64,000 nucleotides of DNA from an uncultured virus (IMG/VR IMGVR_UViG_3300020056_000009) (Duplodnaviria > Heunggongvirae > Uroviricota > Caudoviricetes). Shown one piece after another: positions 57,561 to 64,000 of the stretch (its first letter is position 1; each line of letters begins with the position of its first letter). The notes under the pieces were generated by a model. The model was given only the letters and a program-made list of their open reading frames with translations, made no database searches and was not told the DNA's origin. The stretch lies in IMG/VR virus record IMGVR_UViG_3300020056_000009. One strand, written 5' to 3'. Position numbers and translations under genes: made by a program.

Positions 57561-58511
57561 ATGAAATGGGCCGATTTAGGAACTTGTTTAGGCATGGGAT
57601 ACTCTGGTATCGTGTTTAAACATCGTTTAGAACCTAACAAAGTCATTAAATTGTTGCCAAGTCTTAATCGTCCTAATTCTCTACAAGTTTTAGAAGATTT
57701 AAAATTTCGAGTAGCCGATGACTCACTTTTAGAATGTGAGCGAGAAGAACCTGAAGAATATCTTTGGATGTATTGTTCTTCATGGGCCACTTATCAGATG
57801 TGGGCTAAAGTTATGCAAGATCGGGAGGCACCTAAATGGTTGCCCAAGATTTATCAAGTCGGTAGTATTCAAGTCTCGGGACGCTTAGTAGAAGAATTAT
57901 TAAATCGTCCTTCAGTTGCCCAATACAAAAACGAGTTTTATTCTGATTTAGATTATTTGGCTGAAAGTTCTATGCAAGAAAATGAGCCAGTTAGTTTTTA
58001 TTATGTCGTTATGGAATATCTTCCCCGTGATGCCAAGCCTATTTATTCCGAAAAATCTCAACGCCGACGGCAAAAGATTATTAACACTTATTTTATCAAT
58101 AAAGGTATGGTAGTTCGAGATGTGGTAGATAACCGAGATAATTATCGGGCTCGTAATAACGGCACTACCGTTTTCTTCGATCCTTTGGCGTGTCCATTAC
58201 CGACAATTCAAGATTATGAAAACCAAGATACTTGGTCGGCTATTACTTTTGATAATCTTTTTGTAGAATTAAATCCTGTCGTGCAAGGTTCTCGATCCTA
58301 TCAAAATTGGATTTCTGATAATCTTTTTGGTAAGATTGCTTTTGGTCAAAAGAAGACTCCAGCCATTGAGTTTTGGTATGAGGCTATTAAATCTGGTAAC
58401 TATTTCAACGACCCAACTTTTAGATCCGAACAACCTTCTTTAAATGATTATACTCCTTATGAGATTATGAATTCAGGAGTTGTTACGGGTAATTTCTTGC
58501 AGGATGTGTGA
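57561..58511 (+). CDS. protein-kinase-like protein
   Basis: LGMGYSGIVF (Gly loop), VIK, LPKIY, VVMEYL, VRDVVDNRDN, FFDP. Confidence 0.7.
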   Translation: MKWADLGTCLGMGYSGIVFKHRLEPNKVIKLLPSLNRPNSLQVLEDLKFRVADDSLLECEREEPEEYLWMYCSSWATYQMWAKVMQDREAPKWLPKIYQVGSIQVSGRLVEELLNRPSVAQYKNEFYSDLDYLAESSMQENEPVSFYYVVMEYLPRDAKPIYSEKSQRRRQKIINTYFINKGMVVRDVVDNRDNYRARNNGTTVFFDPLACPLPTIQDYENQDTWSAITFDNLFVELNPVVQGSRSYQNWISDNLFGKIAFGQKKTPAIEFWYEAIKSGNYFNDPTFRSEQPSLNDYTPYEIMNSGVVTGNFLQDV

Positions 58512-60319
58512 CCATGTGGGGCACATTTATTGATGCTGGCAGTTTAGGTTTTGTTTTTAGTTCGGAAGAACCGGACCAAGTTATCAAAGTTATGAGTATT
58601 GATGATTCTTACAATCCCGACTTTGTAATCAATGTTATGCAGTATCGGTTGTTTCAACAACTTAAGAAAGACCAAAAAAAAGGTGAGTTTACGCCAGGGC
58701 TTCCTGAGATCGATTATTTGTTTACTATTGAAATGACACCTCAATTAATGCAACAAATATGGAGTAACACGGATATAGAGGATAATAAATCTTATTATAA
58801 GAGGTTTAGAGAAGAGATTCCCTATGGTAGTCAAGTTGCGATAGTTCTTATGGAAAAATTGGCTGTCCCTACGGAAGATGTAGGTCGTAAAGGATTATCC
58901 GCTATGTTACGCTATTTAGTTTCTAATGGTTGGATTGCCCGAGATTTACGAGTTACCAATAAAGGATTGAATCCGGCTGGCGATGTGATTTGGTTTGACC
59001 CAATGGTAGCACCTTTAAGTCCTCGAACAGAACAAGATATTGCCATTTGGGAAGATTGGTTTGAAGACTCCATAGAAAATTACCAAAAAGCCATTGCTAA
59101 TAAAAAATACTTTACCCATGAACATGATTTTGGTTTGTTTTATTCCGAATCTGAAGATTATTGGTTGCGGGGTGGATGTGGTCAAGCCGCCCAAGCCATT
59201 TCCGAACAATTAACGGCTCAAGGAATTCCCCACCATTTTGAAATTGGTTTGGCCTATTTAGATGACGATAAGTTTGTGGGTAACCATATTATTGTGGTGG
59301 CCGATAACCAAGCCATAGATTATTATGGAGTTGGCGGTGCCCGACAGCGATGGAAAGAAATGATTGTTCGGGATTACAACTATGAAGACCTCCCAGATTT
59401 CCTATTATCTGATTATCTAACTATTGAATGGATTCCTGTCAAATCTGACACAAATTTCCAAGTGCACATCAGAGGAGATTATCTTCCTGCTTCGGGAAAC
59501 AAAATTACCAGCAAAACATTAGGATTTAAATCTGAGGTGAACCGATTGAAATCGAAAAAGGTTATTGTTATCAATGTCAAAGACAAAAAAGTAGTAGGAC
59601 TTACCCAATGGAATTATTCTAATGGCACTCGATCTTATAAATCAATCCCTATTCCTCCACAACTTAAGGGTAACACCAAATATCCGGATTTATTCAAAAG
59701 GTTTTACACCGCCATTGCCGTTTCTTCTTATATTTACGATGAAGATTCGGGACGCTTTAACGCTGAATCTTATCCTCGTTGCTATCTTTGTGGTTTTCCA
59801 GCCAAGATTGAGGTCTTAACGGCTGTGGGAATGCGTAATTTTTGTGGCAATAAATGTCGAGGAGAATACGAAGGCATAGATTATGGTGATTATGATAGTC
59901 CTAAATTAGAACACCAATTAACGATTACTAATTACAATATAGGTTATCTTCCAGAAGGATATGAGGGACGGGAATCTAAACTTACTATCGATTGTGCTAA
60001 CTGCCCACTACATTTAATAGAAGACATTCCTCAATATACTGATATTTATGATGATTATCGTCAAGGTCACAACCATCATGTTAAAATATGGAATGAAGAG
60101 TGGGAAGATTATGAGGAAGAACCTTGTATCAATCATGATTTAAAGATTACTCGGTATTTATCTAATACTGAAGAGTGGGATGGAACCCGATTAGGAGAAG
60201 TTGCTTTTAGATGTCTAAAATGCGGTTATCGAGATATGATTTATGCTGACATTCCCGAAGGGTGTAATAACACCGGAAGATCTAAACCATCGCCAAACTT
60301 TTATCAAAATAAGTCTTGA
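58508..60319 (+). CDS. polyprotein-like: kinase-like + Cys-His-Asp (transglutaminase/papain-like) + zinc modules
   Basis: IDAGSLGFVF, VIK, LMEKL, ARDLRVTN, WFDP; then FYSES | GGCGQAA..NHIIV..AIDYYG | FKSE | FNAES | CYLC..FCGNKC. Confidence 0.7.
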   Translation: MTMWGTFIDAGSLGFVFSSEEPDQVIKVMSIDDSYNPDFVINVMQYRLFQQLKKDQKKGEFTPGLPEIDYLFTIEMTPQLMQQIWSNTDIEDNKSYYKRFREEIPYGSQVAIVLMEKLAVPTEDVGRKGLSAMLRYLVSNGWIARDLRVTNKGLNPAGDVIWFDPMVAPLSPRTEQDIAIWEDWFEDSIENYQKAIANKKYFTHEHDFGLFYSESEDYWLRGGCGQAAQAISEQLTAQGIPHHFEIGLAYLDDDKFVGNHIIVVADNQAIDYYGVGGARQRWKEMIVRDYNYEDLPDFLLSDYLTIEWIPVKSDTNFQVHIRGDYLPASGNKITSKTLGFKSEVNRLKSKKVIVINVKDKKVVGLTQWNYSNGTRSYKSIPIPPQLKGNTKYPDLFKRFYTAIAVSSYIYDEDSGRFNAESYPRCYLCGFPAKIEVLTAVGMRNFCGNKCRGEYEGIDYGDYDSPKLEHQLTITNYNIGYLPEGYEGRESKLTIDCANCPLHLIEDIPQYTDIYDDYRQGHNHHVKIWNEEWEDYEEEPCINHDLKITRYLSNTEEWDGTRLGEVAFRCLKCGYRDMIYADIPEGCNNTGRSKPSPNFYQNKS

Positions 60320-60792
60320 TAATCATCATAAGAGGCATCGACATTTGCCCAAATATACTCTTCGGGAATTAAGTCTACTTCGCTTTCACTAATATCTTCT
60401 CGATTAGCCCAATGAGATTCCCAATCAGCATAAGTGGTCTGCAATCTTTCTTTTTGCAGATCTTCATCAATTACCAAACGAACTACCTTCCATCCGGCTT
60501 CCGTCAAGGCTTTGGCCTCATTAACGAAACGAACATCATCAATAACAATGTTTTCATGATGGTTTCCCAAATCAATAACATAATCAATCCACACCGATGG
60601 TCTGATTTCTCGCATCTTCATACCAATTTGTTGTAACAACGGCCGGTCTTTTTCTTCCATACCAAACAAATCATGAGCAATCTCTTTAACTTTGGCCGCC
60701 AATGAAACTTTATGGTAATCTTGGTGGTCTACCAACCAATTAGCCATCGTGGTTTTCCCTGAGGCCATTCTCCCGGCGATTGCGATCTTCAT
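60304..60792 (-). CDS. deoxynucleoside monophosphate kinase-like P-loop protein
   Basis: MKIAIAGRMASGKTT, RPLLQQIG, IDDVRFVNEA, DISE; start is 30 nt from TATATTAAG. Confidence 0.88.
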   Translation of the reverse strand: MKIAIAGRMASGKTTMANWLVDHQDYHKVSLAAKVKEIAHDLFGMEEKDRPLLQQIGMKMREIRPSVWIDYVIDLGNHHENIVIDDVRFVNEAKALTEAGWKVVRLVIDEDLQKERLQTTYADWESHWANREDISESEVDLIPEEYIWANVDASYDDYQDLF

Positions 60793-60814
60793 GTCGAACC
60801 ATAGTTCAACCACC

Positions 60815-63007
60815 TTAATATAACTTTGTTTGTCGTTGCGATTGCATGGCATCGTTAAAGTATTCTGGTAAGAACTCTTTAAGAGGTTTGCCACCATCAC
60901 GCTGAGAGCGAAGATGGTAGTCAAACGATGGATCGATAATATACATCTTACCTTGGTCTTTGGGACTACGGACAATTCTTCCTAACATCTGCGTCAGCAT
61001 GACACCGGTTTGCATCGTATACCAATCAGGATTATCTTTCAACTTTTTAGCAATCCGCACATCTCCCAAACTGGGGAAAGGTAATTTGGGAATAACCAAG
61101 AATCCCACCGAACCGCCATCATAACCTTGGTTGGCATAGGTAGACACCAAAATCTGATTACCTTGTGACTTGTTAAAGTTCTCGAAAACCTGATCTCGTT
61201 CCGTCGGATTTTTAGAATGCGTAATAATTCTGTCGGCTACATTGCGGTCTACATCGGCCACAGCCTCTAAAATCTTCTTTTCTAATTCATCCGTATAAGG
61301 CAAAATCAGTCCCTTTTGATTAGGAAATTGATTAGCAATTTCTACAATGCGTTCTGCAGTTTGACGATAATGTTCTTCCCTGCGTCCTCGACGACTCAAA
61401 TCTCCACCCTTGAAGGCCGTAAAAATAGGTCGGTTGGTTACCGGGAAACTGCTATACTTAATTTGAATGTAACAAGTCTCTGATTTTTTAAGTCCCATTT
61501 CTTGACAATAAATATCAATGTCGGCAATAGTTCCGCTTAAGAAAATACGATGCTTGCCTAAGCCCAACAATAGTTCTTCCGATCTATCGGTAATATCCAT
61601 AGGCTTAAAAGATATGAAAATAGGTTCTTCTTCGTCATCATACTGCCAAATGATATTCTCCGGTTCAGTCTTTAGACTTTCAATAAGTCGTTGCAGATAA
61701 TTTTTCGTGTTAGCCGCCATACGCACCGTTTTCTCATCATACTGTTTCATACGGCCTGAAATTTCTGATACCAAGCGTTCCAAATACATCAACCATACTT
61801 TCGAGCCCATAACTTGTCGGTCTTTAGGAGTATCGGTTCTAATGCTACCGATCTTCGGGAATCCCCATGTCATTGGACTTGATACTGGATGCCAAGTAGT
61901 TAAGAGATTTTCTCGCTTCCTTGCCATACCATTTTGATTGGCTTCAGGGGCAGCCATGATTTCATTAAAACTGGGAATATCTAATAGCATTTCCAACTTC
62001 TTTACCGAAAGCGTTAAAGCATAATAATCTGCCAAAGTATTGGGTAGTGTATGAGCCTCATCAAAAATAATGAAATCACGAGGCAATAAATACATTCCGC
62101 TGGAGTTCATACGCATAAGATAAGAGGTATTACCCACAAAATAACGGTTATGGTGGGCTTTATGCAAGGCTTGATAATACTCACATAGTTTATCTTCTGA
62201 TACTGACCAATCCACTTGTTGCTTCTTAATTGGTAATTTCATACCACACTTAAATCCAATTGTGCTGCACGGGGCTAAATCTGCTTGAGTAGTTTCTTGC
62301 TGTGGGCGACCCATCTGATGAGCCTCCCATGCTTTTTGGGCTTCGGCTTCAGAACGACAATTAGCCTCAATGCTAAGCGAACAACCATAATTGCCTTTAC
62401 CCATCACCGATCTCATAAAGGGCATTTCATCAAGATATTGTTTTTGCAAACCCTTGAGAGGAGTTACCACATAAGCCCGACTATCAAACATCTTGGGAAC
62501 TACCATCGCCATAGCCGATTTACCAGAACCTACCGGAGACTCTACCACAATGTTCTTGTATCCTGCTTTCACGGCTTCGGCAATTTCAGGAATTACCTGT
62601 TGTTGTTCTTGACGAGGGGTGCCAAATCGTGTATTGGTAAAATAATCTGATATCTCGTATTGTGGTTTCATCATCGGCGTAACTTGAATAGTTTTAAATC
62701 CTGTGGCTTCCAATTCTTCGGGAAGTTGGTGACCACCGATCTTTCCTAATTGAGTATCATCAAAATCCTTTTGCTGAATAAAATCATCTTCTTCTGCTTC
62801 TTCGGCCACATTGACCGGATTACCTGAAACCCACATCTGCAAATTAAAATGATTACAAAATTGTTCCAAGTTAGCAATCTTACGACCTCGAATCTCCATT
62901 TCTCCACGATAACATTTACGAGATTTATCCCACTTTAAGTGATATGTGCCAGCCAAAATATCTCGATAAGGATAACAATTACCTCTTACCGTTACAGGAA
63001 CGAACAT
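60815..63007 (-). CDS. DinG/XPD-family SF2 helicase
   Basis: Q motif PRQEQ, ESPVGSGKS, IFDEAH, FLSGT, KLPFP, QMLGRIVRSPKD; Cys-rich insert; start MFVPV is 30 nt from the TATA. Confidence 0.92.
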   Translation of the reverse strand: MFVPVTVRGNCYPYRDILAGTYHLKWDKSRKCYRGEMEIRGRKIANLEQFCNHFNLQMWVSGNPVNVAEEAEEDDFIQQKDFDDTQLGKIGGHQLPEELEATGFKTIQVTPMMKPQYEISDYFTNTRFGTPRQEQQQVIPEIAEAVKAGYKNIVVESPVGSGKSAMAMVVPKMFDSRAYVVTPLKGLQKQYLDEMPFMRSVMGKGNYGCSLSIEANCRSEAEAQKAWEAHQMGRPQQETTQADLAPCSTIGFKCGMKLPIKKQQVDWSVSEDKLCEYYQALHKAHHNRYFVGNTSYLMRMNSSGMYLLPRDFIIFDEAHTLPNTLADYYALTLSVKKLEMLLDIPSFNEIMAAPEANQNGMARKRENLLTTWHPVSSPMTWGFPKIGSIRTDTPKDRQVMGSKVWLMYLERLVSEISGRMKQYDEKTVRMAANTKNYLQRLIESLKTEPENIIWQYDDEEEPIFISFKPMDITDRSEELLLGLGKHRIFLSGTIADIDIYCQEMGLKKSETCYIQIKYSSFPVTNRPIFTAFKGGDLSRRGRREEHYRQTAERIVEIANQFPNQKGLILPYTDELEKKILEAVADVDRNVADRIITHSKNPTERDQVFENFNKSQGNQILVSTYANQGYDGGSVGFLVIPKLPFPSLGDVRIAKKLKDNPDWYTMQTGVMLTQMLGRIVRSPKDQGKMYIIDPSFDYHLRSQRDGGKPLKEFLPEYFNDAMQSQRQTKLY

Positions 63008-63078
63008 ATTTATCCATAGGTAGACGACCTTAATATACTTTGCTAACATATAAATAGTTGATCGCCTAAATCATATTT

Positions 63079-63852
63079 ATGGTGTCTATTGAATGGCAAG
63101 GATCTAACATCCCACACCCTCAAAAAGCCGATAAGGGTGGTGAAGATACTTGGTTTGTTACCGAAAACTTTGATTATACTGCTGCGGCGGTATTTGATGG
63201 CGTTGGTGGTTGGGCCGAGTGGGGCGTAGATCCAAGAGAATGGGCGGCATCTATGGCTACGGAAACTATTAATGCTTTAGACGAAACTTCGGGATTGATT
63301 TCTGTTTTGACTCAAGCCTATCAAGAAACCAAATCAATGGTGCCTCACGGTAGTTGCACCGCTTGTATCGTCAAACATACTGATGGTTCTGATAGTCTTC
63401 AATTTGCCAATTTGGGCGATTCCGGATTAGCCGTGTATCGTAAGGGACAAATGCTCTTTGAAACTTTAGAGCAAACAATGGGTTTTAATTTTCCTTACCA
63501 ATTATCTTCGGAAGAGGGTGAAACTCCTTCAGATGCAGATCGGGGTTATATTCCTCTTAAGCCGGGAGATTATGTAGTCTTGGCTACTGATGGATTATGG
63601 GATAATCTTTATCACAAAGAAATCGCCAAGTTGTTAGAACGAGAAGACGACCTTTCTGATGCTTTGGCTACGGCGGCGTTTCAAGCCGCTAATGATAACA
63701 AGCGTTGGGCACCCTTTGGACAAAAGGCCGTGGTAGAACTCTATGGTGAGCGAACTCCCGAAGATCTTGATTACGAAGTCGTTCCACAATTAGTAGAATA
63801 CTTAGGCGGCAAGTTAGACGATATTACTGTAATTGTAGGCCGGGTATATTGA
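63079..63852 (+). CDS. PP2C-family phosphatase, PTC7-like
   Basis: PHPQK..KGGED, FDGVGGW, GSCTAC, ANLGDSG, FNFPYQL, ATDGLWDN, GGKLDDITV. Confidence 0.92.
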   Translation: MVSIEWQGSNIPHPQKADKGGEDTWFVTENFDYTAAAVFDGVGGWAEWGVDPREWAASMATETINALDETSGLISVLTQAYQETKSMVPHGSCTACIVKHTDGSDSLQFANLGDSGLAVYRKGQMLFETLEQTMGFNFPYQLSSEEGETPSDADRGYIPLKPGDYVVLATDGLWDNLYHKEIAKLLEREDDLSDALATAAFQAANDNKRWAPFGQKAVVELYGERTPEDLDYEVVPQLVEYLGGKLDDITVIVGRVY

Positions 63853-64000
63853 TGACATCCCTGGCCAACAAACATTTTGTTGAGGCAAAGCAAGTTACTA
63901 AGTGGCTTGAACAAGAAGTTGTTTTGACAAGTCCCAGTTTTATATTAGATTATAAGGAACCTTATTCATATATGTGGGAAGTTGAACAACATTGGAACAC
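63852..64000 (+). CDS. hypothetical protein (5' part, runs off window)
   Basis: TGATG overlap; frame open to the end of the window (MTSLANKHF...). Confidence 0.55.
   Translation, partial: MTSLANKHFVEAKQVTKWLEQEVVLTSPSFILDYKEPYSYMWEVEQHWN

Noticed and set aside
1..64000. CRISPR array, tRNA or rRNA genes
   Set aside because: I saw no regularly spaced direct repeats and no cloverleaf with proper D and T arms. The recurring TATAAATAG is gene-linked, not an array.

Overview
This is a gene-dense 64 kb segment that is most simply read as part of a large dsDNA virus (or virus-like element) of archaea. Supporting signs are an archaeal family D polymerase large subunit (DP2/PolC), a divergent MCM-like helicase, a DinG/XPD helicase, a dNMP kinase, an SSB-like gene, and TATA boxes 30-31 nt upstream of the start codon at about 30 genes. 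Housekeeping genes, tRNAs, rRNAs and CRISPR arrays are absent. The left ~40 kb is a plus-strand morphogenesis block: many membrane-anchored orphan proteins, beta-rich capsid-like paralogue families, fibre/spike proteins, two GT2 glycosyltransferases and an AAA+ ATPase. I recognised no terminase, portal or HK97-type capsid gene. Four unusual signals stand out. (1) A recurring aromatic/hydrophobic-x-[A/S]-E linker (YGAEG, FEAET, YSAEE) splits about 25 proteins into unrelated small modules, suggesting a proteolytic polyprotein or cargo-loading system. (2) Sequence-variable inverted repeats fill the TATA-to-ATG spacer and end exactly at -1 of the start codon. (3) A ~102-nt structured RNA has its own promoter. 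(4) A JAMM protease, two kinase-like proteins and a PTC7-like phosphatase are clustered together. All calls come from manual reading of motifs; no database searches were run.
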